Shown: positions 26,739 through 36,599 of the stretch, piece by piece | Layout of the letters: every line of letters begins with the position of its first letter | Position numbering within the stretch: the stretch's first letter is position 1 | Assembly: GCA_963835645.1 (NCBI GenBank) | Contig: CAWIGQ010000012.1 | Span: forward strand, 16,954-80,953 | Origin: an uncultured Gammaproteobacteria bacterium | Lineage (GTDB): Bacteria > Pseudomonadota > Gammaproteobacteria > Steroidobacterales > Steroidobacteraceae | Direction of reading: 5' to 3' | DNA: 64,000 nucleotides | Translations under genes and position numbers: made by a program | Notes under the pieces: model-generated | The model's database searches: none | Told to the model about the DNA's origin: nothing | Seen by the model: the letters and a program-made list of their open reading frames with translations, nothing else

Positions 26739-28653
26739 ATGTGTGGAATAGTCGGCTATTTCGGCTCGCGCGACGTCGACCTGACGCGTGCCGCCCACTC
26801 GATCCTGCACCGCGGCCCCGACATGCAGGGCACCGCCGGCGGCGCGGGCTGGAGGATCGCTTTCAACCGTCTCTCTATCATCGACACCAGCGAGAACGGT
26901 ATGCAGCCGTTCAGCTTCGCTGGCGTCACGGTGGTGATGAACGGCGAGATATACAACTATCGCGAGCTGAAGGACGAGCACCGCCACGAGTACCGCTGCC
27001 GCTCCGGCAGCGACGTGGAGATCGTCCCGTTCCTGTACCGCAAGTACGGCATCGGCTTTCTGCAGAAACTGAACGGCATGTTCGCCATGGTGTTGATCGA
27101 CGAGACCGCCGGCCGCCATTTCCTGATCCGTGACCGCTTCGGCAAGAAACCGCTCTTCTACCGGCGCACCGCCGATGGCATCTACTTCGCTTCCGAGCTC
27201 AAGGCCCTCAGACACATCGTCAGGCTCGAGCCGGACAAGACCAACCTCGCTCTCAACCTCATGTGCTGGCTGCTGGTGCAGCCGCTTACCCCGTACGCGG
27301 ATGTATTCCAGGTCAATCCCGGGCACTACCTCAAGATCGAGAGCGGCAGGAGCGTCGAGCAGCTGTGGTACCAGCCGCGCATCCGCAGCCATGAGCAGCT
27401 CTACGACGAGATCCGCACGCTCTTCATGGTGCGCTACCGCCGCTCGATCGAGCTGCGGCTGCGCAGCGATGTGCCGGTCGGACTCTGCCTCAGCGGCGGC
27501 CTCGACTCATCCTCGATGGCCTACATTGCGCGCGAATCCTCGCCCGATAACTTCGTGGCCTTTACCGCGCAGATCCTCGGCAAGGAGAGCTGGGAGGGAA
27601 CGACCGATACCGAGAATCCGCGGCGGCTGTGCGCCGACCTGGGAATCAGGCAACTGTCGACCAACGTGGACGCCGGCTTCTGGGATCGGAACATCGTCGA
27701 CATCGCGCACAATTACGACGAGATCTTTCTCAACTCCGGCACGCTCGTGTTCTACGCGATCTCGGCGCTGGCGCAATCCGCCGGCGTGAAGGTATTGCTG
27801 AGCGGGGTGGGCGGTGACGAGTGGCTCGGCGGTTACCCGTGGCAGGCGCGGGCGCGCTCGCTGCCAACTCGCAGGCTGCTGGCGTCGATGCGCGGGGTGT
27901 CGCCGGCCTGGACGCGCCGGGTTTACCGCATGTTGTCCAGGGTCGGCTCCGGCGGCGTGCGCACCAAGCTGGCGCGCGCCTTCCGGCTGTTTGCGCAGTT
28001 CCAGGTGTGGCATGCACAGTCGCTTTCGAGCGCGCTGGTCCCCTACATGCGTGATGCCGACGACGCCGTGGCGCGGCGCATCGAATCCTGCAGCGAGCAC
28101 TACTTCCGCATCGCCACGACGGCGGTAGACGGCGATCCCATCAATCGCATGAACTACGCCAACATCTTCACCGTGATCGGCAACCAGAACTATCAGTTCG
28201 ACATGGCGTGCATGCGACACTCGGTGGAGAATCGCAGTCCGCTGCTCGATTTCAACGTGGTCGAGTATCTGATGTCCGTGCCCGATCGTCTGAAGAACCA
28301 GGGCGGCCCGAAGGTGCTGATGCGCACCATCCTCTCGGAATTCCTGCCGAGCTACATCACCAGCCTCGCGCAAGAGCGGGCCGACGATGCCGCTGCACCA
28401 GTGGTATGGAGCACGGGAGGCAGGCAGCGTCGGCGGCAGCGTGCGCCGCTTTCTGCGCGCCAACCGCCAGCTGGTGGGCGACCTGGCATCCGCGGACCTC
28501 GCGTCCCGCATGGCCGACGACTCGCTGTATGATGGCGCGGCCGGCGTCATGCGCCTGTTTGCTCTGGCGAGCTTCGTGATCTGGGCCAAACTCAACGTCG
28601 AAGGCAGCATTCCCGACCCGCGCATCAGCTTTACCGAGCTGGCGCAGGCGTAG
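26739..28653 (+). pseudogene. Asparagine synthase (glutamine-hydrolysing)-like amidotransferase interrupted by an apparent +1 frameshift near 28364-28372
   Basis: N-terminal MCGIVGYFG (Ntn Cys2) and PP-loop SGGLDSS are intact. After ...ILSEFLPSYITS the frame degenerates into Arg-rich sequence that stops at 28532. The conserved C-terminus (RKSGPTMPLHQWY...FALASFVIWAKL) continues in the +1 frame to 28653. It reads in register with the intact paralog at 48848-50788 (GRPKQGFGIPIAEWL). Confidence 0.7.
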
Positions 28654-28665
28654 CGCGGCAACCGC

Positions 28666-29649
28666 ATGCCCCGGGCACTGATCACCACCACACCCTTCGG
28701 CGCCGGCAATCGCCTGCCGCTCGAGATGCTGCAGTCCGCGGGCATCGACTTCCTCATCAACCCGCTGGGAAGGAGACTGAAGGAGGAGGAGCTCGCCGAC
28801 ATGGTGGCGGATTTCGACGTGCTGATCGCGGGCACCGAGCCGATCACCGAACGCGTATTCGCGTGCGCACGCAATCTGCGGCTGATCTCACGCGTCGGCA
28901 TCGGCCTCGACAGCGTCGATCTGCTGGCGGCGGAGAAGCGCGGCATCAGGGTCGCGTACACTCCGGACGCCCCCGCGCCCGCGGTCGCGGAGCTGACGGT
29001 CGCCCTGATACTGTCGCTGCTGCGCTCGGTGCACGTCTGCAACCTGGAGATGCACGCTCGCCAGTGGAAGCGCCATCTGGGCCGCCGCATCGCGGAGGTC
29101 ACGCTCGGCATCATTGGCACCGGCCGTGTCGGCAGCCGGGTGCTGCGACGCATCGCCCCGTTCGGGACGCCGCGCGTGCTGGTCAACGACATCAATCCCA
29201 ACCCCAAGCTGGTGCCGGAGCTGAAGCTGGAGTGGGTGGGGAAGGAAGAGATCTACCGCAGCGCGGACGTCATCAGTCTGCACGTGCCGATGACCGCACA
29301 GACGCGCAACATGATCCGGCGTGAGCAGTTGCTGCAGATGAAGGCCGATGCGCTGCTGGTGAACACCGCGCGCGGCGGCATCATCAACGAGGCCGACCTG
29401 GTGGAAGTGCTGCGCTCCGGGCATCTCGGCGGGGTCGCCCTGGATGTTTTCGAGCACGAGCCGTACTCGGGCGCGCTGGCAGACTGCGAGCGCTGCCTGC
29501 TGACTTCGCACATGGGCTCGATGTCGGTCGATTGCCGCACACGCATGGAGATCGAGGCTACGGAGGAGGCGGTGCGTTTCCTGCAGGGCCAACCGCTGAG
29601 GTCGCCGGTGCCGCCTGAAGAGTACGACGTGCAGCGGCAGCAGCGCTGA
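28666..29649 (+). CDS. D-isomer-specific 2-hydroxyacid dehydrogenase family (NAD-dependent)
   Basis: NAD motif GIIGTGRVGSRV; catalytic-region motifs NTARGGII, LDVFEHEP and SHMGS. 327 aa. Confidence 0.8.
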   Translation: MPRALITTTPFGAGNRLPLEMLQSAGIDFLINPLGRRLKEEELADMVADFDVLIAGTEPITERVFACARNLRLISRVGIGLDSVDLLAAEKRGIRVAYTPDAPAPAVAELTVALILSLLRSVHVCNLEMHARQWKRHLGRRIAEVTLGIIGTGRVGSRVLRRIAPFGTPRVLVNDINPNPKLVPELKLEWVGKEEIYRSADVISLHVPMTAQTRNMIRREQLLQMKADALLVNTARGGIINEADLVEVLRSGHLGGVALDVFEHEPYSGALADCERCLLTSHMGSMSVDCRTRMEIEATEEAVRFLQGQPLRSPVPPEEYDVQRQQR

Positions 29650-29659
29650 AGTCAGCCCC

Positions 29660-30544
29660 GTGCGCAAGGTGTGTGTGATCGGTGGTTCGGGGTTCCTCGG
29701 CTCGCACGTCGCCGACGAGCTGAGCGAGGCAGGCTACACGGTCTGCGTTTATGACCTGCGGCCATCGCCGTGGCTGCGCGCGGACCAGCAGATGGTGGTC
29801 GGTGACCTGCTCGATGAGCGGGCACTGGCGGAGGCGGTGGCTGGCTGCGAGGCGGTCTACAACCACGCGGCGATTGCGGACCTGAACTACGCGCTCGACA
29901 AGCCGGTCGAGACGGTACGCGTCAATGTGCTCGGCACGGTCAAGGCGCTCGAGGCCTGCCGGCAGGCCGCGGTGGGGCGCTTCGTGTACGCGAGCACGGT
30001 GTACGTCTACAGCCGCGAAGGCGGTTTCTACCGCTGCAGCAAGCAGGCCGCCGAACACTTCGTCGAGGAGTACCAGCGCGCCTGCGGGCTGGATTTCACC
30101 ATCCTGCGCTACGGCTCGCTCTACGGCCCGCGCTCGGACGAGACCAACGGGCTGCGCCGGATTGTGCGCGACGCGCTGGTGCGCGGTGCGATCAGTTACG
30201 CCGGCAACCCCGAGTCGATCCGCGAGTACATCCACGTGCAGGATGCCGCGCGCGCGAGCGTGGTGGCGCTCGGGCCCGAGTACCGCAACGAGAGCGTGGT
30301 TCTCACCGGCCATCAGCCGATGCGCGTCGCCGACCTGCTGAAGATGATCGCGGAGATCCTCGGCATGCCCGATGCGGTCGACTTCCGCGACGAGGACTAC
30401 GCCGGTCACTACGTGCGCACGCCCTACGCCTATCAACCCAAGCTCGGGCGCAAGTACGCACCGCCGCTGCACGTCGACCTCGGCCAGGGGTTGCTGCAGC
30501 TGATCGACGAAGTCAGGGCAACGATATCGAGTCCGCAGGATTGA
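29660..30544 (+). CDS. NAD-dependent epimerase/dehydratase family SDR
   Basis: VIGGSGFLGSHV and YRCSK motifs. 294 aa. GTG start. Confidence 0.75.
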   Translation: MRKVCVIGGSGFLGSHVADELSEAGYTVCVYDLRPSPWLRADQQMVVGDLLDERALAEAVAGCEAVYNHAAIADLNYALDKPVETVRVNVLGTVKALEACRQAAVGRFVYASTVYVYSREGGFYRCSKQAAEHFVEEYQRACGLDFTILRYGSLYGPRSDETNGLRRIVRDALVRGAISYAGNPESIREYIHVQDAARASVVALGPEYRNESVVLTGHQPMRVADLLKMIAEILGMPDAVDFRDEDYAGHYVRTPYAYQPKLGRKYAPPLHVDLGQGLLQLIDEVRATISSPQD

Positions 30545-31386
30545 AGTCGGTGGGCGCACAGGGCGCGATTAGGTCCGCGATCCGATCACTTACTACCGTG
30601 ATCGCGAGCACGAGGATCGGAAGGGCTCTGCTGGAAGAGATCATCGATACGGCGATGAAAAGGACGCGCACCGTCTCGCATCGCGGTGTGGAGTTGGATT
30701 TCGCAGCACCGAACCGCATGACTCGCTTTCGGATCGCGACATTCTCGACCAAGGAGCCGGAAACGCTCGCATGGATCGATGCCATTCCGGAAGGCTCGGT
30801 GATGTGGGACGTTGGGGCGAATATCGGCTTGTATTCATGCTATGCGGCCAAGGCCCGGAGCTGCCGCGTGATTGCCTTCGAGCCCTCGGTGTTCAACTTG
30901 GAATTGCTCGCACGCAATGTGCATCTGAACGGCCTGACCGATCGAGTCACCATCGTGCCGCTGCCGCTGTGCGAGCACGTTGTTGACAGTACGTTGAATA
31001 TGACGACCACACACTGGGGCGGTGCTTTGTCCTCCTTCGGCGTCGAGCACGGATTTGACGGCAAGGCGCTGAACAAAGTATTTGCGTTTCGCACGATTGG
31101 TCTTTCAGGAGACGAGTTCGTCGCCAAATTGGGCGTGCCTTATCCAGACTACATCAAGATGGATGTGGATGGCATCGAACACCTCATCCTGCGCGGCGGT
31201 GGCGAGGTATTGAAGCGCGTGCGCAGTGTCCAGGTCGAGATCAACGAGGCCTTTGAGACCCAGGCGCAGGAGTCGCGTCGTCTGCTGGAGGCGACCGGCC
31301 TGCACTTCGTCTCAAAGTCCCATTCTGACCTGATCGCCGGCAGTCGGACGTTCAACCATACCTTCAATCAGGTATGGGCGCGTTGA
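30541..31386 (+). CDS. FkbM-family methyltransferase
   Basis: MWDVGANIGLYSCYAAKARSCRVIAFEPS...NVHLNG is the FkbM SAM-binding pattern. The N-terminus is uncertain (TTG 30541, GTG 30550 or ATG 30655). G+C visibly lower than the surroundings. Confidence 0.75.
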   Translation: MKSVGAQGAIRSAIRSLTTVIASTRIGRALLEEIIDTAMKRTRTVSHRGVELDFAAPNRMTRFRIATFSTKEPETLAWIDAIPEGSVMWDVGANIGLYSCYAAKARSCRVIAFEPSVFNLELLARNVHLNGLTDRVTIVPLPLCEHVVDSTLNMTTTHWGGALSSFGVEHGFDGKALNKVFAFRTIGLSGDEFVAKLGVPYPDYIKMDVDGIEHLILRGGGEVLKRVRSVQVEINEAFETQAQESRRLLEATGLHFVSKSHSDLIAGSRTFNHTFNQVWAR

Positions 31387-33471
31387 ATGGCTCACGGCGG
31401 CGTTGCTCGGTCCGCTGCCGTGCCGCTGTCCGTGTCGCTTGGCAGCGGCAGCCGCCTGAGCGAGGCAGCGGACTATCGCGCGGACGTCGACGGCCTGCGC
31501 GGGGTTGCGATCGCGCTGGTGTGCCTGTTCCACGCCGAAGTTCCGCCGTTCACGGGCGGCTTCGTGGGCGTCGATGTCTTCTTCGTCATCAGTGGCTTTG
31601 TCATCACCGGGGTGCTGCTCAGGGACCTGCAGCGCGGCCGGCTGAGCCTGAAAGCATTCTTCATCCGCAGAATCCGCCGGCTCGCTCCGGCGCTGGCGCT
31701 GCTGCTGCTGACGTGCATCGCGGTGTTTTCGCTGATCTACCCGCCCGGCTACCTGCGCGACTTCGGCGCCTCGCTGGCGGCGCAGTCATTGTTTCTGTCG
31801 AACATCTACTTCTGGCGTGCGGCGACCTACTTCGGCACGCCCGCCGAAGCGAAGCCCTTGCTGCATACCTGGAGCCTGTCAATCGAGGAGCAGTTCTATC
31901 TCATCTACGCCACGGCCTTTGTGCTTCTCGGCCGCTTCCGGCGAGCCGTGCTGCTGCGGGTGCTGGCCGCGTCATTCTGCGTGTCGCTTGCCTTGAGCAT
32001 CGTCGCCACGCTGCCGGAGCCGAATGCGAGCTTCTTTCTCCTGCCAACGCGCGCGTGGGAATTGCTCGCCGGTGCGCTCGCTTCGGTATGGCTCGATACG
32101 CATGGTCCCGGCGCAGCAGCGCGCCCGCTGGTGGCAAATGTCGCCGCCGCTTGCGGCCTGATCGCGATCGTCGCCTCCGCGGTGCTCTATTCGACTGCGA
32201 CTCCGTTTCCGTATCTCTATGCCGCTCTGCCGGTGTCCGGTGCCGTGGCACTGGTCTGGTCAAGGCGCCCGAGCGCCACCGCGGCGCTGCTGGCTTCGGG
32301 GCCGGTGGTGCTCGTCGGCAAGATCTCCTATTCGCTCTACCTGTGGCACTGGGTGTGCCTGGCGCTGCTGCGCTGGATGACATTCGGTGCGCCGACCGGC
32401 ATCGAACGGGTGGCGGCGGTGCTGGCGGCGGTGCCGATTGCCGGCGCGTCCTGGCGCTTCATCGAGAGCCCCATCCGGCAGAAGCGCGTGCTGCGCTCGG
32501 ATCGCGCCATCGTGCTCTTTGCCGCGGCCGCCACCGCGGCGGCGTTGCTGTTCGGCGGCCTGGCGTGGTACTCGGGAGGCTTTCCGCAACGGGCACGCGC
32601 TGCGCTGGCGGGGTTTCAGCCGCCGGTGCGCTCGGCTCGCGAGCATGAATGCTTCGACGATTCCTCACGTGGCGCCATACGGTTCTGCGAGATCGGCAGT
32701 GCGGAAGCGCGCCGCATCTCCTTCATCGCCATCGGCGACAGCCATGCGCTGTCACTGCTGCCGGCGCTCGAAACTCTTGCATCACAGCATCATCTGCGCG
32801 GCCTGTTCGGCGGTACCAGCGGCTGCCCGCCGTTTCTCGGTGTGACCCCCAGCAGGGACGCTGCGAGCGTCGCGCGCTGCCGGCTGCTGAACGCGCAGAG
32901 CCTGCAGATGGCGAAGGACCTTCACGTCACACAGATCATATTGATGGGGCGGTGGAGCTATTACACCGGCATCGGACCCGACGGCCACTTCCAGGCGATC
33001 ACCAGCAGCGCCCACCCCTCGGGATCGATCGCCGCCTCGCGCGCGGTGTTTGCCGAGCAGCTGCACGCCACGGTGCAGGCCTACGCGCAAATCGGGGCGT
33101 CGACCAACGCGGTGCTGCAGGTGCCGCAGCAGCGCACCGACCCCGAAGGGTTCCTGTACCGCCGATCGCTGCCGGCGATCCTCGGCGGACAGAGCGGCAG
33201 GGCCGAGGGAACGCTCGATCTGGCACAGCACCGGCGTGATCAGCGCTACGACGAGCAGGTTTTTGCCCGTACGCCTGAAATTCATACCTTCGACGTGGCG
33301 GCGCGGCTGTGCCCGGATTCGGGCACCTGCCTGATGTTTATGAACGGACGCTCGCTGTACTACGACACCAGCCACCTGAGCGTGCTCGGGGCGGGCTACG
33401 TCGCGCCCGCACTCGAGCCGCTGTTCACGCGCATCGCGCGCTCGGCCGCTGCCGCCGCGGCTGAGAACTGA
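31387..33471 (+). CDS. Acyltransferase-3 / SGNH fusion O-acyltransferase (OafA/YrhL-like)
   Basis: AT3 N-terminus VDGLRGVAIALVCLFHA...VDVFFVISGFVIT with multiple TM segments. C-terminal SGNH-like domain (FIAIGDSHA). 694 aa. Confidence 0.85.
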   Translation: MAHGGVARSAAVPLSVSLGSGSRLSEAADYRADVDGLRGVAIALVCLFHAEVPPFTGGFVGVDVFFVISGFVITGVLLRDLQRGRLSLKAFFIRRIRRLAPALALLLLTCIAVFSLIYPPGYLRDFGASLAAQSLFLSNIYFWRAATYFGTPAEAKPLLHTWSLSIEEQFYLIYATAFVLLGRFRRAVLLRVLAASFCVSLALSIVATLPEPNASFFLLPTRAWELLAGALASVWLDTHGPGAAARPLVANVAAACGLIAIVASAVLYSTATPFPYLYAALPVSGAVALVWSRRPSATAALLASGPVVLVGKISYSLYLWHWVCLALLRWMTFGAPTGIERVAAVLAAVPIAGASWRFIESPIRQKRVLRSDRAIVLFAAAATAAALLFGGLAWYSGGFPQRARAALAGFQPPVRSAREHECFDDSSRGAIRFCEIGSAEARRISFIAIGDSHALSLLPALETLASQHHLRGLFGGTSGCPPFLGVTPSRDAASVARCRLLNAQSLQMAKDLHVTQIILMGRWSYYTGIGPDGHFQAITSSAHPSGSIAASRAVFAEQLHATVQAYAQIGASTNAVLQVPQQRTDPEGFLYRRSLPAILGGQSGRAEGTLDLAQHRRDQRYDEQVFARTPEIHTFDVAARLCPDSGTCLMFMNGRSLYYDTSHLSVLGAGYVAPALEPLFTRIARSAAAAAAEN

Positions 33472-33474
33472 CTC

Positions 33475-34104
33475 ATGCTGCAACGCTACGCGACGCTGTT
33501 CTGGGACTTCGATGGCGTGATCAAGGATTCCGTTGCCGTCAAGGCGCAGGCCTTCGAGCAGCTGTTCGCGCCGTTCGGCGCGGAGGTGGCCGAGCGCGTG
33601 CGGCGTCACCACGAGCGCAACGGCGGCATGTCGCGCTACGAGAAACTGCCGCTGTATCTGCGCTGGGCCGGGCGGCAGGATTCGTCGGCCGAAGTCACGC
33701 GCTACTGCGAGCTGTTCTCTGCCGCGGTACGGCAGGCGGTGATCGACAGTCCCTGGGTGCCGGGCGCACGTGAATACCTGCAGAGGAACCATGCACGGCA
33801 GGGCTGCGTGCTGCTCAGCGCAACGCCGCAGGCGGAGATGCAGAGCATCCTGGCGGCGCTTGATATCTTGTCCTGGTTCCGCGAAGTGCACGGTGCGCCC
33901 ACATCCAAGATCGAGGCCATTGGTTCGGTACTGGCGCGCTGGCGGTGTGCGCCGGCCGATGCGCTCGTGATCGGCGACTCGGATTCCGACTATGCCGCGG
34001 CCCGGGCGACCGGCGTAGAGTTCCTGCTGCGGCGGACGACGCTCAACCAACATCTGCAACGCGAGCACGCCGGCTTGCAGTGCGAGGATTTCACCAATGG
34101 ATAG
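33475..34104 (+). CDS. HAD-superfamily hydrolase (subfamily IA-like phosphatase)
   Basis: Motif I FWDFDGVI (DxD) and motif IV VIGDSDSD. 209 aa. Confidence 0.8.
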   Translation: MLQRYATLFWDFDGVIKDSVAVKAQAFEQLFAPFGAEVAERVRRHHERNGGMSRYEKLPLYLRWAGRQDSSAEVTRYCELFSAAVRQAVIDSPWVPGAREYLQRNHARQGCVLLSATPQAEMQSILAALDILSWFREVHGAPTSKIEAIGSVLARWRCAPADALVIGDSDSDYAAARATGVEFLLRRTTLNQHLQREHAGLQCEDFTNG

Positions 34105-34858
34105 AGCTGCGGTGACGCGGGAGCTGCGCACGCGACTGCGTGCCGGCGGCGCGACGATCGGCAGCTGGATGCAGATCCCGCACGCATCCGTGGCCGAGAT
34201 CATGGGCGAGGCGGGCTACGACTGGGTGGCACTCGACCTGGAGCACGGTGCGATCGGGCTGCACCAGCTTCCCGATCTGTGCCGCGCGCTCGAGCTGGGC
34301 GGCACTTTGCCACTGGCGCGCATCGCGCAGGCCGATGCGAGAGACTGCAAGCAGGCGCTCGATGCGGGCGTCGGCGGCGTCATCGTGCCGATGATCGACA
34401 GTGCGCAGCAGCTCGCGGCCGTGCGCGACTGGTGCCGCTGGCCGCCAGCAGGCACCCGCGGCGTCGGATTCTCGCGCGCGAACCTGTTCGGCAGGCATTT
34501 CGATGCCTACCGGGAGGAGGCACAGGCGCCGCTGCTGGTGGCGATGATCGAGCACGTTCGCGCCGTGGAGCGGCTGGAGACCATTGTCGCGGTGGAGGGC
34601 CTGGACGCGGTGCTGATCGGTCCATATGACCTCTCGGCCTCCATGGGCCTCACGGCACAGTTCGAGGACCCGCGGTTCGCACAAGCGCTGCAGCGCGTGC
34701 GTGCCGTCACGGCGGCCCGCGGCATTGCCTGTGGAGTGCACGTGGTGGCCCCCGAGCCGGCGACGCTGAGCAGGCGTCTCGCGGAGGGCTATCGGTTTAT
34801 CGCCTACGCGATCGACGCGGTGTTCCTGGACTCCGCCGCTGCGCGCCCGATGCGCTGA
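34097..34858 (+). CDS. HpcH/HpaI-family class II (pyruvate-dependent) aldolase
   Basis: IGSWMQIPHASVAEIMGEAGYDWVALDLEHGAI and VMIEHV...LDAVLIGPYDLS match the HpaI/GarL/RhmA family pattern. 8-nt overlap with the HAD gene. Confidence 0.8.
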   Translation: MDRAAVTRELRTRLRAGGATIGSWMQIPHASVAEIMGEAGYDWVALDLEHGAIGLHQLPDLCRALELGGTLPLARIAQADARDCKQALDAGVGGVIVPMIDSAQQLAAVRDWCRWPPAGTRGVGFSRANLFGRHFDAYREEAQAPLLVAMIEHVRAVERLETIVAVEGLDAVLIGPYDLSASMGLTAQFEDPRFAQALQRVRAVTAARGIACGVHVVAPEPATLSRRLAEGYRFIAYAIDAVFLDSAAARPMR

Positions 34859-34868
34859 TGGCACGCTG

Positions 34869-35660
34869 ATGCAAGGTTTACTGAGAAAGGTCTACCGCGC
34901 GATGCAGTCGGCGCTTGCCGCCCGCGGGCTGCATGTGACGGTCTCGCGCATCTCCGCCCGCAATCGGCCGGAGCTGGTCAATCGCGCGATCTGGCGGCCG
35001 CTGATTGCCGACGATGAGTGGCGCGCGCTCTACAAGAGCACCCAGGCGGCCACCCATGGAAATGCCACCGACAACATCTTCAGGCAATGTCGCTTCTATT
35101 CGACCTTTCAGATGGCGCACTACGCGGCGCGGCTGCCGCACGGCGACGTCGTCGAATGCGGCTGCTGGCACGGTCACTCGACGCTCGCTATCGCAACGCT
35201 GCTGGACGCGGAGAATTTTCGCGAAAAGTTCCACGTATTTGACTCGTTCGAGGGCGGCTTGTCCGACTTCGGCGCCAAGGACGAGTCGAGCTTCCGCCTG
35301 TCGGATGAGCAGAAGCGTGCGCAGATCGAGCAGTTCCGCTCCGACTTCGATTTCGTCAGAGCGGTCATGGCACCCTTTGGTTTCGTGGAGCTGCACCGCG
35401 GCTGGATCCCGCAGACGTTCGCAGCGTTCGAGCCGCGACCGATCAGATTCCTGCACGTCGACGTCGACATGTACGAGCCAACCAAGACATCTTTGGAATT
35501 TTTCTGGGACAGCCTGATCGAAGGAGGGTGCATCGTAATCGATGACTACAATCACGCGGTGTTCGAGGGCGCAACGCGTGCGGTAGACGAGTTTCTCCGC
35601 GGCAGGACGCCGCGGCTGTTCTACCGCGTGCCCTTCGGCAGCGCGTTCATCGTCAAGTAG
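34869..35660 (+). CDS. TylF/MycF-family O-methyltransferase
   Basis: ECGCWHGHSTLAIA, FDSFEGG, HVDVDMYEPT and GGCIVIDDY match the macrocin-O-methyltransferase family signatures. Confidence 0.8.
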   Translation: MQGLLRKVYRAMQSALAARGLHVTVSRISARNRPELVNRAIWRPLIADDEWRALYKSTQAATHGNATDNIFRQCRFYSTFQMAHYAARLPHGDVVECGCWHGHSTLAIATLLDAENFREKFHVFDSFEGGLSDFGAKDESSFRLSDEQKRAQIEQFRSDFDFVRAVMAPFGFVELHRGWIPQTFAAFEPRPIRFLHVDVDMYEPTKTSLEFFWDSLIEGGCIVIDDYNHAVFEGATRAVDEFLRGRTPRLFYRVPFGSAFIVK

Positions 35661-35672
35661 GGAGAGCGAGCC

Positions 35673-36599
35673 GTGGCCCTGCCGCAAAGCTGTCCCCTGT
35701 GCCACGCGGGCGCCGGGCGCCAGAGCGTCGTGACCGCGCATGTCTACGGAGCCGAAGGAGCCGGGCGCGCCTTCTTCCACTGTGCAGGCTGCGATGTGCG
35801 CTACCTGTACCCGCGGCTGACTGCGGAGCAGGAGCAGCGCTTTTACGCCTCCGAATTCGAGAGCTTCATGGCCGCTCGCGCCGGGGCCGCCGGCGGCTGG
35901 GGCAAGGTCGACGACCACATCCGCGCCAACGAGCCCACGCGCGTGCGCCGCATGCGCTATCTGCAGCCGCAGCTTAGTGCTGGCAGCCGGATTCTGGAGG
36001 TGGGGTGCTCCTCGGGCTTCATGCTGCATCCGCTGATCGCCGCGGGCCACGAATGCGTCGGCATCGAGCCCTCGGGCGCTTTCGGCGAGTACCTGCGAGC
36101 GCGCAAGCTCGAGGTGTATCAGACGCTGCCGCAGCTCACCGGCGCGCGACCCGAGGCACGCTTCGACCTGATCATGCACTTCTTCGTCCTGGAGCACATC
36201 GCCGAGCCGCGCGAATTCCTGCGCGCGCAGCTGGCGCTGCTGAAGCCCGGGGGGCGGCTGGTGTTCGAGATTCCGAACGCGGCCGATCCGCTTTATTCGG
36301 TCTACGACATCGCGGCCTTCGAGCGCTTCTACTGGTCCGTGGCTCATGTCTGGTACTTCAGCGAGCCGTCCCTGCACCACGTTCTGCAGGAGCTCGGTCG
36401 GCCTTACGAGATCCTGCGCGAACAGCGCTACGACCTGTCCAACCACATGGTGTGGGCCCGCGACGGGCGCCCGGGCGGCATGGGTCGATTCAGCGCTGCG
36501 CTGGGTCGCGAGCTCGAAGAGAGCTACAAGCGTGAGCTGATACGCGCCGGCAAGTGCGACACGCTGGTCGGCATCGTGAGCGCGGATCGATCCGCATGA
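35673..36599 (+). CDS. Class I SAM-dependent methyltransferase with N-terminal Cys4 zinc-ribbon
   Basis: CPLC...CAGC at the N-terminus, then motif I ILEVGCSSGFML. GTG start preceded by GGAGAG at 35661-35666. Confidence 0.75.
   Translation: MALPQSCPLCHAGAGRQSVVTAHVYGAEGAGRAFFHCAGCDVRYLYPRLTAEQEQRFYASEFESFMAARAGAAGGWGKVDDHIRANEPTRVRRMRYLQPQLSAGSRILEVGCSSGFMLHPLIAAGHECVGIEPSGAFGEYLRARKLEVYQTLPQLTGARPEARFDLIMHFFVLEHIAEPREFLRAQLALLKPGGRLVFEIPNAADPLYSVYDIAAFERFYWSVAHVWYFSEPSLHHVLQELGRPYEILREQRYDLSNHMVWARDGRPGGMGRFSAALGRELEESYKRELIRAGKCDTLVGIVSADRSA

Noticed and set aside
28121-28132. A third GGCGGTAG occurrence (GGCGGTAGACGG) inside the frameshifted asnB-like gene.
   Set aside because: Same reasoning: intragenic, only the octamer core matches, and the count is compatible with chance.
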